Positions 9,096 to 20,286 of a DNA stretch of 64,000 nt are shown in pieces; the first letter of the stretch is position 1; each line of letters starts with the position of its first letter. The position numbers and the translations under genes were made by a program. The stretch is from Longimicrobiales bacterium (GTDB lineage: Bacteria; Gemmatimonadota; Gemmatimonadetes; Longimicrobiales; Gaopeijiaceae). The stretch is from contig CBDFIQ010000001.1 of the NCBI GenBank assembly GCA_965248195.1, positions 1,152,001-1,216,000 of the forward strand, written 5' to 3'. The notes under the pieces are model-generated. The model did no database searches, was not told the origin of the DNA, and was given only the letters and a program-made list of their open reading frames with translations.

Positions 9096-11051
9096 CTAGA
9101 AGGCGCGATCCCTCAGCCGTTGCGCCTCCTCGACCATCCTGATGAATTCTCCCCGGTAGCCCTCGCGGTCCCTGCCCACCGAGCTCCGGGCCCAACGGAG
9201 AACGGTCGCCAGGTCCACCGCCTCGCCGTACTTGGAGTCACGGAGTACCATGCCGAATGCCGCGACCGACGCGGCGAACGTAAAGTCCGACGAAGGCACC
9301 TCGTCGTCATCACTCGCCGCGTGGCTGAGAAGCCGGCTGCGGCTCCCGCTCGGGTCCTTGTACCGCAATTTGACAAAGAGCAGCTCCGAGCTCTCGCGGA
9401 GTGAGTCCGGCTCGCCGGTGCGCTGGTAGCGCAACTCGTCCAGCCCCCGGATGGGCGTCCTCGTGTCGACACCGGTGGGAATGATCTCATATAGGGCGGT
9501 TACGGTGTGGCCCGCCCCAAGATCCCCGGAGTCTTTTAGGTCGTCGTTGAAGTCCGCCGCCGCCAGCATACGGTTTTCATATCCAATCAGACGATATGCC
9601 TGGACGTGGGCTGGATTGAATTCCACCTGGAGCTTCACGTCCTTCGCGATCGTGTACAGCGTGCCCCCGAATTCGCTCACCAGGACCTTCCGGGCCTCTT
9701 GCGCGCTGTCTATGTAGGCGAAGTTGCCGTTTCCATGGTCCGCGATCTGCTCCATCTTCGCGTCTTGGAGGTTTCCCGTCCCGAACCCGAGCACCGTCAG
9801 GAACGTCCCCTCATCCCGGCGCTCTTCGATCAAGCGAATCATCTCGGAGTCGCTGGAGGGTCCGACGTTGAAGTCCCCGTCGGTCGCCAGGATCACGCGA
9901 TTGTTTCCGCCCTCCATGTGATGTCTGCGAGCGACATCGTACGCCAGCCGCAAGCCGGCGCCCCCGGCGGTGGACCCCCCGGCCTCCAATCGCGAAAGCG
10001 CTTCGAGGATGGTCGCCTTGTCTTCGCCGGATGTGGGATCGAGGACCAGCCCGGCGGCGCCGGCGTATACGACGATCGCCACACGGTCCTGGGGCCGTAT
10101 CTGGTTTACGAGCATCCGGAGTGCCGACTTCAGAAGCGGCAGTTTGTTCGCCGGCTGCATTGAGCCCGAGACGTCCACGAGGAAGACTAGGTTGCTCGGG
10201 GGAAGGTCCTCGGTATCGATGCGTCGTCCTTGAATTCCGATGCGCACGAGCCGGTGCATCGGATTCCACGGTGCGGGCCCGACCTCCGTCTGGACCGAGA
10301 ATGGATCGGGCCCCTCCGGGTTCGGCAGGTCGTAGGTGAAGTAGTTGATCAACTCCTCGATCCGAACCGCGTCGGCGGGCGGAAGCTGCCCACTATGGAT
10401 GAAGCGGCGAACGTTGGAGTAGGACGCGCGGTCCACGTCGATGCCGAACGTCGAGAGTGGATTGGCACCCACGGCCACGAACTCGTTCTCGTAGATCCGA
10501 TCGTAGCCCTCGCGCTGAAATTCTCCGTTGTAACGTCGGAGAAGCTCGCGTCGGACGCGAGCATTCCTGTAGAGCGACTGTTGCAGGGCGGGGGCAACGG
10601 AAACGACGTCCGCTCTTGTGCTCACGCGTGCGGCGTCCGCCCCGACGACACCGCCGAGGGCCGCCGCTACGTCGCGGTCCTCGGATGACTCCACCGGCGC
10701 CGACGAATGGAGCGCGAAGTCGAGGCGTAGCGACTGGGCGCCGAGGCTCACTCTCTTCGTCAACGAGGCGTACCCGATCAATTCGGCTCGAATTACGATC
10801 TCCGACCTGGCCGAGGCCGGAATCGTGAGTTGATAACCCCCGTCGTTGCTGGCCAACGCGCTGAGGGTGAGGCCCTCCACGTGGATCTGTGCCCCCATGA
10901 GTGGGGCCCCCGAAGCGGCGTCGGTGACCGTGCCCGATACGACCGTCGCCGCGATAATGCCCCCTCGGGCCGTGGTCGCTGGGTCCGTAGCCAGCGGTCC
11001 CTCCGAGATCAATCCGGCGAGCATCGCCAAGAAAAAAATGAAGGCGCGCAT
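9096..11051 (-). CDS. YfbK-like VWA domain protein with N-terminal carboxypeptidase-regulatory-like domain
   Basis: PLSTFGIDVDRASY, VRIEELINYF, MIDAS DVSGS, LATDGDFNVG, IAKDVKLQVEFNP, YRLIGYENR; signal peptide. Confidence 0.9.
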   Translation of the reverse strand: MRAFIFFLAMLAGLISEGPLATDPATTARGGIIAATVVSGTVTDAASGAPLMGAQIHVEGLTLSALASNDGGYQLTIPASARSEIVIRAELIGYASLTKRVSLGAQSLRLDFALHSSAPVESSEDRDVAAALGGVVGADAARVSTRADVVSVAPALQQSLYRNARVRRELLRRYNGEFQREGYDRIYENEFVAVGANPLSTFGIDVDRASYSNVRRFIHSGQLPPADAVRIEELINYFTYDLPNPEGPDPFSVQTEVGPAPWNPMHRLVRIGIQGRRIDTEDLPPSNLVFLVDVSGSMQPANKLPLLKSALRMLVNQIRPQDRVAIVVYAGAAGLVLDPTSGEDKATILEALSRLEAGGSTAGGAGLRLAYDVARRHHMEGGNNRVILATDGDFNVGPSSDSEMIRLIEERRDEGTFLTVLGFGTGNLQDAKMEQIADHGNGNFAYIDSAQEARKVLVSEFGGTLYTIAKDVKLQVEFNPAHVQAYRLIGYENRMLAAADFNDDLKDSGDLGAGHTVTALYEIIPTGVDTRTPIRGLDELRYQRTGEPDSLRESSELLFVKLRYKDPSGSRSRLLSHAASDDDEVPSSDFTFAASVAAFGMVLRDSKYGEAVDLATVLRWARSSVGRDREGYRGEFIRMVEEAQRLRDRAF

Positions 11052-11147
11052 TGTGATTCCTCCCTCAGGTGTCCTCTTGCAGGATCGAAGGAATCGGTCC
11101 TGCTCAATCTAAAGGACGAGCAGGGAGTCCACCCTTGCACACACGGG

Positions 11148-12401
11148 TCAGCCGCCCGCGGCCATGGAGTCCAAGAATTCCTGGTTGGTCTCGGTCCGGT
11201 TCATGCGCTCCAACAGAAACTCGATGGCTTCGGTGGGGGGCATGTCGGCGAGGAAGTTGCGAAGGAGATAAACGCGGTTGAGTTCGTTGGAGGACAGGAG
11301 GAGCTCCTCCTTGCGGGTTCCGGACCGGTTGATGTCGATGGCGGGGAAGATCCGCTTGTCCGAGATGTGCCGGTCCAGGATCAACTCCATGTTTCCGGTT
11401 CCCTTGAACTCTTCGAAGATGACCTCGTCCATGCGGCTACCGGTCTCGACCAGAGCTGTGGCGATGATCGTCAGGGAGCCGCCCCCCTCGATGTTCCTCG
11501 CAGCTCCGAAAAAGCGCTTGGGCTTGTGAAGTGCATTCGCGTCCACACCGCCCGAGAGGATTTTCCCGGAATGTGGGATCGTGACGTTGTAGGCCCGAGC
11601 GAGGCGAGTGATGGAGTCGAGTAGGATGATCACGTCTTTCCCTGTCTCGACCAGACGCTTGGCCTTTTCCAACACCATCTCCGCCACCTGTGCATGCCGG
11701 TCGGCCGGTTCATCGAACGTGGACGAAATCACCTCCCCATCGACGTGCTCCTCCATGTCGGTAACCTCCTCAGGACGCTCGTCAATTAGCAGCACGATGA
11801 GGTGCACGTCGGGGTGGTTCGCGGTGAGGGAGTTGGCCATCTGTTGCAGCAAGACCGTCTTCCCGGCCTTCGGTGGCGAGACGATCAGGCCCCGTTGGCC
11901 CAAACCGATCGGTGCGACGAGGTCCACGACCCGCATCGACATGTCGGTGTCGGGCACCTCCAAGGTGAGCCGAGCTTCCGGGTAGCGTGGACGCAGGTTG
12001 TCGAACGCAACCCTTTGTTTGGCATTGTCAGGGTCCTCTACGTTTACGCTTTCGACCTTCAGCATCGCGAGGTACCGCTCTCCCTCTTTCGGTGGCCGGA
12101 CTTGGCCGAGCACCGTGTCACCCGTGCGAAGGTCAAACCGCTTGATCTGCGAAGGGCTGACGTAGATGTCGTCCGGCCCGTACAGGTAGTTCCAATCCTG
12201 CGACCGAAGGAAGCCGTAGCCCTCGGCCAAGATTTCCAGGACCCCCTCGCCTCTGAGGACCACGTCGTCGTCGAGCAGGCTCTGCTCGATCCGGAAGATC
12301 AGGTCCTGTTTACGGAGCCCGGAGTAGTTGGAGATCTTGAGCTCCTCCGCCAAATCGTGGAGGTCTCCAAGGCTCTTGCTTCTCAACTGCGCGATATCCA
12401 C
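11148..12401 (-). CDS. rho: Transcription termination factor Rho
   Basis: [62 protein letters not shown]. Confidence 0.99.
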   Translation of the reverse strand: MDIAQLRSKSLGDLHDLAEELKISNYSGLRKQDLIFRIEQSLLDDDVVLRGEGVLEILAEGYGFLRSQDWNYLYGPDDIYVSPSQIKRFDLRTGDTVLGQVRPPKEGERYLAMLKVESVNVEDPDNAKQRVAFDNLRPRYPEARLTLEVPDTDMSMRVVDLVAPIGLGQRGLIVSPPKAGKTVLLQQMANSLTANHPDVHLIVLLIDERPEEVTDMEEHVDGEVISSTFDEPADRHAQVAEMVLEKAKRLVETGKDVIILLDSITRLARAYNVTIPHSGKILSGGVDANALHKPKRFFGAARNIEGGGSLTIIATALVETGSRMDEVIFEEFKGTGNMELILDRHISDKRIFPAIDINRSGTRKEELLLSSNELNRVYLLRNFLADMPPTEAIEFLLERMNRTETNQEFLDSMAAGG

Positions 12402-12787
12402 GACTACTCCAGGGCCCTACCTGCGAAGGGCTCGATGGCCGATACGATGGGTCGGTGGCTGGAAATTCACGGAGGGTGATACGCCTGCAACCTGCGAGGA
12501 AGTGCGGTGAGTTCCGCGTCGGCGGAATACCTGGAAGAACAAGTGGGGCTTTCGAGGGAATCAACTCGATTGTAATGAGCGAGACTGAGGCGGTCAAGGG
12601 TTTTTTCGGGCGCATGGAGGACGGTGTCGTCGATGTATTCGCTGATGCTTGCGCTGTCGATCTTGGTATTTTTCGTCGCGTTCATGCCCGTTCCGATCCT
12701 CCTCCAATCTGACGGATTAGCGGGGGCCTCGTCGCTTGAAAGATGTTTCCTGGAAAGGGTTTCCGAACTTCTGTAACAACAAAAACA

Positions 12788-12823
12788 TTGACATTTCTTG
12801 TGCCCCGAATAAACATTCGTTTA
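12788..12823 (+). promoter_or_regulatory. Putative sigma70 promoter with overlapping TAAAC-N4-GTTTA palindrome
   Basis: Perfect TTGACA at 12788-12793 in an AT-rich tract; TAAACA about 16 nt later; inverted repeat 12810-12823. Confidence 0.45.
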
Positions 12824-12863
12824 CCTCTCTTTTTTGTACTTTTTGTATTTCTTCGGAGGTCAT

Positions 12864-13217
12864 ATGGGGCGGCACAATCGGGAGGGTAGAGGGGCGGACC
12901 AGCAAGGGTACGAGTACCAGCTCAACTATCAGCCTGACTGGCTTAAGTTGGTCAAGGTCACACGTACCCTCGACAGTGGGCGCCAGTCCACCAAGACACT
13001 TTTCCGAAACCCGACGACCGCTAGGACAGTGGCTCCCTCCGAAAAGGTCCGCACGAGGATCGTTTCTCCGGGACAGGGGCTGGACATGGAGATCGCCGTG
13101 TCGGATCCCAACGGATGCGTCTACCGGGTACAGGTCACGTGCATGATCGCCACCGGGGACGGCGACTTGGAGGAAGTGGTCTACACCCTAGAGGACAGCG
13201 TACCGCCCGCTACCTGA
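12864..13217 (+). CDS. Hypothetical protein
   Basis: GGAGGT RBS before ATG 12864; lies just upstream of the mla genes. Confidence 0.7.
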   Translation: MGRHNREGRGADQQGYEYQLNYQPDWLKLVKVTRTLDSGRQSTKTLFRNPTTARTVAPSEKVRTRIVSPGQGLDMEIAVSDPNGCVYRVQVTCMIATGDGDLEEVVYTLEDSVPPAT

Positions 13218-13238
13218 GGCGGAAAATCCAGGCCGATC

Positions 13239-14021
13239 ATGAACGGTTCCGTATTGACCCCGGTCGAGTACGTCGGCCGCTGGTCGATCAATAGTGTTCG
13301 ATCGCTCGGAAAGGCCGGCTACCTGACCACCGGGGCGCTGCGCGCGCTCAGGAACGTGGAAATTTGGGGGCCACGCCTCGTTACGCAGATGGTCTCCGTG
13401 GGTGTGGCGTCCGTCCCGATCGCACTCTTCATCGCCGTGTTCACCGGTATCGTGCTGGCACTCCAGGCGTCGTACACCCTGACCGGCGCCGTCCCCATAT
13501 ACCTGGTGGGCACGATGGTGGGCAAGTCGATGATCCTCGAGCTGGGCCCGGTGCTCACCGGTCTATCCCTAGCTGGACGGGTAGGCGCCAGCACGGCCGC
13601 TGAGGTGGGGACGATGCGGGTTACCGAGCAGATCGACGCACTCGAGACACTCGCGTACGATCCGTTGGCCTATCTGGTGGTGCCGCGGGTGCTCGCCGGC
13701 GTGTTCATGTTTCCGGTCGTGATCGTGCTGGCCTCGGCGATGGGGATTCTTACGGGATGGGCGGCATCGCTCACGCTCCTCGACATGTCCAGCGCCGAGT
13801 TTGTCCGGGGTCTCCGGCTCTTCTTTCAGCCGTGGGACATCCAGTTCGCGGTCATAAAGAGTCTGAGCTTTGGCCTCATCGTGACCAGTGTGGGGTCGTT
13901 CTATGGGTTCCATGCGAAGGGTGGAGCCGGGGGCGTCGGGGTGGCTACGACCCGCACGGTGGTCGTGTCCAGCATGCTGATCCTGGTTCTGGACGCGTTC
14001 TGGGCGGTGGTCCTGCTATGA
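13239..14021 (+). CDS. mlaE: MlaE family ABC transporter permease
   Basis: ELGPVLTGL, AGRVGA, AEVGTMRVTEQIDALE, LVVPR, GVGVATT. Confidence 0.95.
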   Translation: MNGSVLTPVEYVGRWSINSVRSLGKAGYLTTGALRALRNVEIWGPRLVTQMVSVGVASVPIALFIAVFTGIVLALQASYTLTGAVPIYLVGTMVGKSMILELGPVLTGLSLAGRVGASTAAEVGTMRVTEQIDALETLAYDPLAYLVVPRVLAGVFMFPVVIVLASAMGILTGWAASLTLLDMSSAEFVRGLRLFFQPWDIQFAVIKSLSFGLIVTSVGSFYGFHAKGGAGGVGVATTRTVVVSSMLILVLDAFWAVVLL

Positions 14022-14767
14022 GCATCGTGCTCAGGGACGTTCATCGGGCGTTCGGCCAGAACAAGGTCCTGCAGGGATTGGATCTCGAGGTCCTGGATGG
14101 GGAGACAACAAGCGTCATCGGGTTCTCCGGGGCCGGGAAATCGGTGGTCCTCAAACACATGGTCGGCCTGATTGAGCCGGACTCCGGTGACGTTGTCGTG
14201 GATGGCCAGAACCTGAGTGAACTCGACGTCGGGGAACTCAACGCACTCCGCCGTGACATCGGCTACGTCTTTCAGTTCGCCGCACTCTTCGATTCCATGA
14301 GCATTGCCGACAACGTTGCGATGGGGCTTCGTCGCATACCGGGGATGTACGATGAGGAGATCGTGTCACGCGTGCATGAGTGTCTAGCGCTCGTCGAGCT
14401 AGAGGGGATCGAGGACCGATATCCCTCCGAGTTGTCCGGTGGGATGGTGAAGCGGGCCGGGCTCGCCCGGGCCATCGCTACGAAACCGAAGTATCTACTT
14501 TACGATGAACCTACAACGGGATTGGATCCAGTCACCGTGACGGTAATCGACCGGCTGATCGTTCGGATGAAGGAGGAACTCGGTGTGACGGGTATCGTCG
14601 TCACGCACGATATTGAGAGTGCGTACCGGATTTCCGACCGCATTGCGATGCTCCACGACGGCCGGATCCGGACCTTTGGCACCGTTGACGAGATCAAGGA
14701 GTCGGATGACCTCCTTCTCAGGTCGTTTCTCGAGGGACGACCTGAACTCACAGAGAGGGCATCGTGA
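14018..14767 (+). CDS. mlaF: MlaF family ABC transporter ATP-binding protein
   Basis: GFSGAGKS, FQFAALFDSM, LSGGM, YDEPTTGLDP; ATGA overlap with mlaE. Confidence 0.95.
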   Translation: MSIVLRDVHRAFGQNKVLQGLDLEVLDGETTSVIGFSGAGKSVVLKHMVGLIEPDSGDVVVDGQNLSELDVGELNALRRDIGYVFQFAALFDSMSIADNVAMGLRRIPGMYDEEIVSRVHECLALVELEGIEDRYPSELSGGMVKRAGLARAIATKPKYLLYDEPTTGLDPVTVTVIDRLIVRMKEELGVTGIVVTHDIESAYRISDRIAMLHDGRIRTFGTVDEIKESDDLLLRSFLEGRPELTERAS

Positions 14768-15774
14768 AGCGGAGTAAGGAGCTCCTGGCTGGCTCGGTCG
14801 TGCTGCTTGGGATCGTCGTCGCGGTTTTCGGTACGCTTTGGCTCCAGGGGAGACGGTTCGGAAGTACGGAGACGGAGGTCCACGTCTTGATGAGAGATGT
14901 CGGTCAGCTGTCCGTCGGCAGTGCCGTCACGTTCCGAGGCGTACCCATCGGACGCGTGGGGGAAATCACCGTCGAGGACGGTGGCGCCGCCGTCCGAATC
15001 CAGCTGCTTCTCGAGGGCGAATGGATCCTGGATGATGATGCCGTCGCGGTGATCGCCCCCGAGTCCATGTTCGGGGATTGGCAGGCCGAGATCATAACGC
15101 GGTCTCGATTCCCTCGGTACGACTATTATGAGGTCCCGTCCGACGCCCGGCTCCCCGAGGGCGTTCGGGTACTAGGCGGATATATGCTTCCGGACCTCTC
15201 CCGCCTGACGGCCGTCGCGGATGAGGTCGCCCAGAATGTGGCGTCTCTCACGGATCGGTTCGACCGTGCGTTCGGACAGGAAACCACGGACCAGATCACG
15301 CAGGCCATCGACAACATGGAGGAATTCACCGCGACCCTTCGACGGCTTGCCGACGAGCAATCGGATCAGTTTCTGGGGATCGCAGAAGACGTGCAGAATG
15401 CTACGTCCGAGATCGCATCGGTTCTGACGACGGCCCGTGGGTCGCTGGAGAGGATCGATTCGTTGTTGGCTTCCGGAGACTTGGATTCGATCCTCGTGAA
15501 CACGAAAGTCATCACCGCCGAACTGAGCGGCGTTTCGGGGGACATCTCGGCGGCCTCCCAGAGTCTTTCCGGAACACTCACCCTCGCGGATTCTACGTTC
15601 TTGGTGCTGAATCGGATCACGACCCGTCTTGAAACCGGAGAAGGGTCGCTCGGACGGTTGATTTCTGATACCCTACTTGCGAGTCGCGCCGAACGTCTCG
15701 TCGAGGAGCTGAATCTTCTCATGGAGGACCTTCGGGCGAACCCGCAGAAGTACGTGCGCCTTTCGATTTTTTGA
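14764..15774 (+). CDS. mlaD: MlaD/MCE family protein
   Basis: N-terminal [24 protein letters not shown] motif, long helical tail with GEGSLGRL. Confidence 0.9.
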   Translation: MKRSKELLAGSVVLLGIVVAVFGTLWLQGRRFGSTETEVHVLMRDVGQLSVGSAVTFRGVPIGRVGEITVEDGGAAVRIQLLLEGEWILDDDAVAVIAPESMFGDWQAEIITRSRFPRYDYYEVPSDARLPEGVRVLGGYMLPDLSRLTAVADEVAQNVASLTDRFDRAFGQETTDQITQAIDNMEEFTATLRRLADEQSDQFLGIAEDVQNATSEIASVLTTARGSLERIDSLLASGDLDSILVNTKVITAELSGVSGDISAASQSLSGTLTLADSTFLVLNRITTRLETGEGSLGRLISDTLLASRAERLVEELNLLMEDLRANPQKYVRLSIF

Positions 15775-16244
15775 TTGGGAACCCCGGCCCTGTGACCAAG
15801 CGGAAGGCGAGAATCGAACGCAGCTCCGGCGGCGTCGTGGCTCGGCGCGTGGACGGGAGCGTGCACCTGCTGTTGATCCGTGATCCCTATGGCAAGTGGG
15901 GCCTGCCGAAGGGCCACGTAGAGAACGGTGAAAGTTCTCGTGAGGCTGCCCTACGAGAGGTGACTGAGGAGACCGGGCTGACACGTCTCGATCCGGGTCC
16001 GTCGCTGGGTACCATCGACTGGTACTTCAGGCTCAAGGGTGATCTCGTGCACAAATTCTGTGATTACTTCCTCATGGTTTCCCCCGACGGAGACACGAAT
16101 CCCGAGGTAGCGGAGGGAATCACCGAGTGCCGGTGGCTCCCCGTGGAGGAGGCGATCGCGACGGTGGCGTACGACAACGCCCGCGAGGTTGTAGCACGGG
16201 CGGCGGACCTTCTGAACTCGGGCGAAACGGACGCACTGTTGTGA
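15771..16244 (+). CDS. NUDIX hydrolase
   Basis: [27 protein letters not shown]udix box. Confidence 0.92.
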   Translation: MIGNPGPVTKRKARIERSSGGVVARRVDGSVHLLLIRDPYGKWGLPKGHVENGESSREAALREVTEETGLTRLDPGPSLGTIDWYFRLKGDLVHKFCDYFLMVSPDGDTNPEVAEGITECRWLPVEEAIATVAYDNAREVVARAADLLNSGETDALL

Positions 16245-17479
16245 CGGAGGGGCGGCTCCAGGTCTGGCGGGTCCTCCAGGCGGTCCTCGTACTCTTCGTG
16301 TTCGGTGTGTTACTGCTCAGTGTGCGGGAGCTGCTGAACCCGTTTCTTCTCTTCTGGATTCTGGTCCTGGTACTGCTCCCGTTCCGGGGCATGCCGGGAT
16401 ACGGCCTACTCGTCTTCGTGGCCGCGATCCTCACGGTGTACTGGCTGTTGGCGACGACCGGATTCCTGCTTGCACCCTTCGTTCTCGGCTTCCTTTTCGC
16501 ATACGTGCTGGACCCTCTGGTCGACGCCTTGGTGGAGCGCCGCGTGGCGAGGACCGCCGCGATCTTCTTGCTGGCGTTGCCGGTGGCAGGTGCGGGGACG
16601 GCGGCGGTTCTGTACGGGATCCCGGCACTTGTGGGCCAGGTCGACGAGCTCGTCCAGGCAGCTCCAGAGTTGGTCGCCCGAGTGGGAGGATGGTTCGGCG
16701 GAGTTCGAGAAATCCTTGCGGGCATACCCGGTCTCGATGAAGAGGCCATCCCCAATCTGGCGAACCTCGATCCGGAACAGGTCGTCGCCTTTCTTCAGGA
16801 GCGCCGTGAGCAGCTGGCCAGCCGCGCATGGCAGGGTGTTCTCGGCCTGGGCCGTGGTCTCGGGTCCGCCGCTACCGTGGCGGGGTACGTAGTCCTTACA
16901 CCGGTTCTTACGTTCTACCTGCTCCGGGATTATGACCGCATCCTCGGTTGGCTACGGGGGCTCCTCCCGCGTGGGCGTGAGGCGGGGGTCGTGGACCTTG
17001 CTCAGGAATACGACATGCTGCTCTCGAGGTACCTGCGCGGCCAGGTGACGGTGGCGCTCATCATCGGCGTCCTGACCGCGGGGCTCCTGTTCGTCCTGCG
17101 GTTCCCCTACCCCTTCCTCTTGGGAGCGCTGGCTGGGGTCATGGGGTTCATCCCCTTTTTGGGGTTGGTGCTCAGCATCATTCCGGCCGTGATCGTCGCC
17201 TTGGTCAGCGGCAGCGTGCTGGTGTCTCTGCTCAAGGTTGCCGTTGTCTACGGATCGGTCCAGATCCTGGACGGGAGCGTCATCAGTCCCAGGATCGTCG
17301 GTGACTCGGTGGGCCTTCATCCAGTGTGGATTGTCCTGGCACTGTCCGTCGGTGGATTCTTCTTCGGATTCGTGGGCCTGATGATCGGTGTGCCGGTGGC
17401 CGTGGGTGTCAAACTGGTGGCGGGTCGGGGCCTGGAGCGATACCGGCGCTCGGAGTTGTATGACGGCGCGAGGGGCTGA
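16241..17479 (+). CDS. AI-2E family transporter
   Basis: Multi-[33 protein letters not shown]. Confidence 0.9.
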   Translation: MTEGRLQVWRVLQAVLVLFVFGVLLLSVRELLNPFLLFWILVLVLLPFRGMPGYGLLVFVAAILTVYWLLATTGFLLAPFVLGFLFAYVLDPLVDALVERRVARTAAIFLLALPVAGAGTAAVLYGIPALVGQVDELVQAAPELVARVGGWFGGVREILAGIPGLDEEAIPNLANLDPEQVVAFLQERREQLASRAWQGVLGLGRGLGSAATVAGYVVLTPVLTFYLLRDYDRILGWLRGLLPRGREAGVVDLAQEYDMLLSRYLRGQVTVALIIGVLTAGLLFVLRFPYPFLLGALAGVMGFIPFLGLVLSIIPAVIVALVSGSVLVSLLKVAVVYGSVQILDGSVISPRIVGDSVGLHPVWIVLALSVGGFFFGFVGLMIGVPVAVGVKLVAGRGLERYRRSELYDGARG

Positions 17480-17696
17480 TCCAGCCCGGTTGGATGTGGT
17501 TCGACCGGGGGTTATCCTTGGAGGCCGTTTCCCAAAAAATTTATCGATCGCTGCCTCGCCGGCCCGGCGGCTAAGCTCCCGAGGCCATTCCACCAACCTC
17601 GCCATCTTCAAGGACAAATAGATTGGGCGGGGGTGGGCCGGAGTCCTCGGACGATCGGGAACCGTCACGGATTAGGTAGGTGGAGGAAATTGCACG

Positions 17697-18683
17697 ATGT
17701 CTGAGAGTCAACACGAACAGATCGTCATCATCGGATCGGGGCCGGCAGCCTGGACCGCTGCCATTTATGCGGCCCGTGCCGATCTTTCCCCCCTCGTCGT
17801 CGAGGGTGCCGGTAGCCGCACCATGATACCTGGTGGGCAACTCATGTACACGACGGAGGTCGAGAACTACCCGGGTTTCCCGGAGGGCGTGACGGGCATC
17901 GCGATGATGGACGATTTCAAGGCGCAAGCCGTACGATTCGATACGCGAGTGATCACGGAGGACGTAGCCGAAGTCGATTTTTCGGTTCGTCCACTTCTCC
18001 TGAAGACCAGCGGGGGCACGGAAATCGAGAGCGACTCCGTTGTCATCGCCACGGGGGCCAATGCCAACTGGATCGGACTCGAAAACGAGGAGCGCCTGGC
18101 ACAAAGCGGCGGAGGGGTGTCCGCCTGCGCGGTCTGCGACGGCGCACTTCCCCACTTCCGGAAACAGGTCATCGCCATCGTCGGTGGGGGTGACAGCGCC
18201 ATGGAGGACGCGCTCTACATGGCCAAGTTCGCCGAGGAGGTCGTCGTTATTCATCGCAGGGAGGAGTTGCGGGCGTCCAAGATCATGCAAGAGAGGGCGT
18301 TCGCTGAGGAGAAGATCCGTTTCGAGTGGAATCAGACGGTGGTCGACGTTATTGGAGACGACGTGATCACTGCCGTTCGGCTTCGGGACACCGTTACCGG
18401 CGAGGAGCGGGAGCTCGAGGTCGGCGGACTGTTCGTCGCGATCGGGCACGATCCCAACACCGGTTTCTTGAATGGACAGGTCGCTCTCAAGCCGAACGGG
18501 TTCGTCGAGACGGCCACGTCATGGAGGACGATCACCTCCGTTCCAGGGGTATTCGCGGCCGGCGACGTGATGGACGATTTCTTCAAGCAGGCCGTCACGG
18601 CGGCGGGAACGGGATGCATGGCGGCTCTCGAGGCCGAGCGTTGGCTCGCCCACGGTGGGCCCGAGAGTGTCTCCGGCGGTTAG
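17697..18683 (+). CDS. trxB: Thioredoxin reductase
   Basis: IIGSGPA, GGQL, VENYPGF, CAVCDG, GGGDSAME, HRR, VFAAGDV. Confidence 0.97.
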   Translation: MSESQHEQIVIIGSGPAAWTAAIYAARADLSPLVVEGAGSRTMIPGGQLMYTTEVENYPGFPEGVTGIAMMDDFKAQAVRFDTRVITEDVAEVDFSVRPLLLKTSGGTEIESDSVVIATGANANWIGLENEERLAQSGGGVSACAVCDGALPHFRKQVIAIVGGGDSAMEDALYMAKFAEEVVVIHRREELRASKIMQERAFAEEKIRFEWNQTVVDVIGDDVITAVRLRDTVTGEERELEVGGLFVAIGHDPNTGFLNGQVALKPNGFVETATSWRTITSVPGVFAAGDVMDDFFKQAVTAAGTGCMAALEAERWLAHGGPESVSGG

Positions 18684-18707
18684 CGTCCTGAGTCGTATCC
18701 GAGAGGC

Positions 18708-19445
18708 TCAGTAGAATCCCGGGGTCTGGTCGAGTGTCCCACCCCCGTCCACGATTATGGTCTGGCCGGTGATGAATGGAGACTCCACAAGAAAGAGCAC
18801 GGTGCGCGTCAGGTCCTCGGGAGTCCCGGATCTGCGCAGCAGCGTGGATTGGACCTCTCTCTCGACCGCGGCCTCAGACATTTCCTCCGGCGCGAGCACG
18901 AGTCCAGGGGCCACAGCGTTGACCCTCACTTCGGGCGCCAACGCGACGGCCTGGATCTGAGTGAGATGCACGAGGCCGGCTTTGGCGATCGAGTGATGAG
19001 CGTACCGGACCCAGGGCTTCAGGCCCATATGGTCCGCGAGGTTTACGATCGATCCCCTCGATGAGCGAAGCAGGGGCGCAAATTCGCGTACCAACAGGTG
19101 TGGACCCTTGAGGTTGACGCCCATGACGCGGTCCCACTCCTCTGACTCGATTTCAAGCAGTGGGGTAGAAATAAAGGTCGCCGCACTGTTGATGAGCACG
19201 TCGAGGCGCCCGAATCGGTCACGAACGCCCTGCCCTATGCGTTCGACCTCCGCGGCGTCCGACACATCGCCGGGTGCCAGGAGAACCTCTCGGCCCTGGC
19301 CCGTAAGTTCGACTTCGAGACTTCTGGCGGCCTCCGCGGAGGAGTGGTAATTCACCACCATGTCATAACCCGCGTCGGCCAGTGCGAGCGTGATGGCGCG
19401 TCCGGCGCGGACTGCACCACCTGTGACGAGAGCGACCGGAGACAT
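18708..19445 (-). CDS. SDR oxidoreductase, pteridine reductase/FolM-like
   Basis: VALVTGGAVRAG, NYHSS, INSAA, VRVNAVAPG, ITGQ; catalytic YxxxK position reads HSIAK. Confidence 0.85.
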   Translation of the reverse strand: MSPVALVTGGAVRAGRAITLALADAGYDMVVNYHSSAEAARSLEVELTGQGREVLLAPGDVSDAAEVERIGQGVRDRFGRLDVLINSAATFISTPLLEIESEEWDRVMGVNLKGPHLLVREFAPLLRSSRGSIVNLADHMGLKPWVRYAHHSIAKAGLVHLTQIQAVALAPEVRVNAVAPGLVLAPEEMSEAAVEREVQSTLLRRSGTPEDLTRTVLFLVESPFITGQTIIVDGGGTLDQTPGFY

Positions 19446-19515
19446 GGGCTGGAACCTACGGTGCGGCCCATGGTGAGCAAGCTGGACCAAGACTCGGATA
19501 CGGGAGACCAGTGAG

Positions 19516-20232
19516 ATGGATTTGACGGGAAAGGCATGTCTTGTAACCGGCGGCACCAAGGGCATCGGACGCGCCGTTGCCGAGGCCCTTGCGGCGGCGG
19601 GGGCAGACGTGGTGATCAGCGCGCGGACTTCATCCGACGTGGAGCATGTAGCCAAGGAGTTGGACTACGCGTTCCTCGGACGCGTGGTCGGTATCGCCGC
19701 CGACGTGTCCCGTACAGAAGACTGCGCCCGTCTCGTCGAGGAGACAGTGGATTCTGCCGGCCGGTTGGACGTCCTGGTGAACAATGCCGGGGTGGGGATT
19801 CTCAGCTCCATCGAGGACCTGTCCCTCGAGGACTGGCAGACGCAGATCGATACGAACCTCAGGGGTGTGTTTTGTTGCGCGAAGGCAGCCGTACCGCACC
19901 TCAAGTCGACGGAGGGGTGGATCATCAACATCGGATCGCTCGCGGGGAGAAACCCCTTCGCGGGTGGCACTGGATACAACGCGAGCAAGTTCGGGCTGGT
20001 GGGAATGACGGAGGCCATGATGCTCGATCTTCGGCACTCGGGAATCCGCGTGAGCATGGTGATGCCAGGGAGCGTGGACACGCGCTTCGGTGGGGACTAC
20101 CCCGAAGGGGGCCGTGCCTGGGCCTTGGGGGCGGACGATGTCGCCTCGGCCGTGCTCCATCTTCTTTCCTATCCGGACAACGCCCACGTCAGTCGGGTCG
20201 AGATGCGGCCCAGCCGCCCACCGAGGAAGTAG
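19516..20232 (+). CDS. SDR family oxidoreductase
   Basis: TGGTKGIG, NNAG, YNASK. Confidence 0.93.
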   Translation: MDLTGKACLVTGGTKGIGRAVAEALAAAGADVVISARTSSDVEHVAKELDYAFLGRVVGIAADVSRTEDCARLVEETVDSAGRLDVLVNNAGVGILSSIEDLSLEDWQTQIDTNLRGVFCCAKAAVPHLKSTEGWIINIGSLAGRNPFAGGTGYNASKFGLVGMTEAMMLDLRHSGIRVSMVMPGSVDTRFGGDYPEGGRAWALGADDVASAVLHLLSYPDNAHVSRVEMRPSRPPRK

Positions 20233-20286
20233 GATAGCTCTAGAAGTAGAAAGGACGTAGAAGTCTGATAGATTTAGATCCACTTC

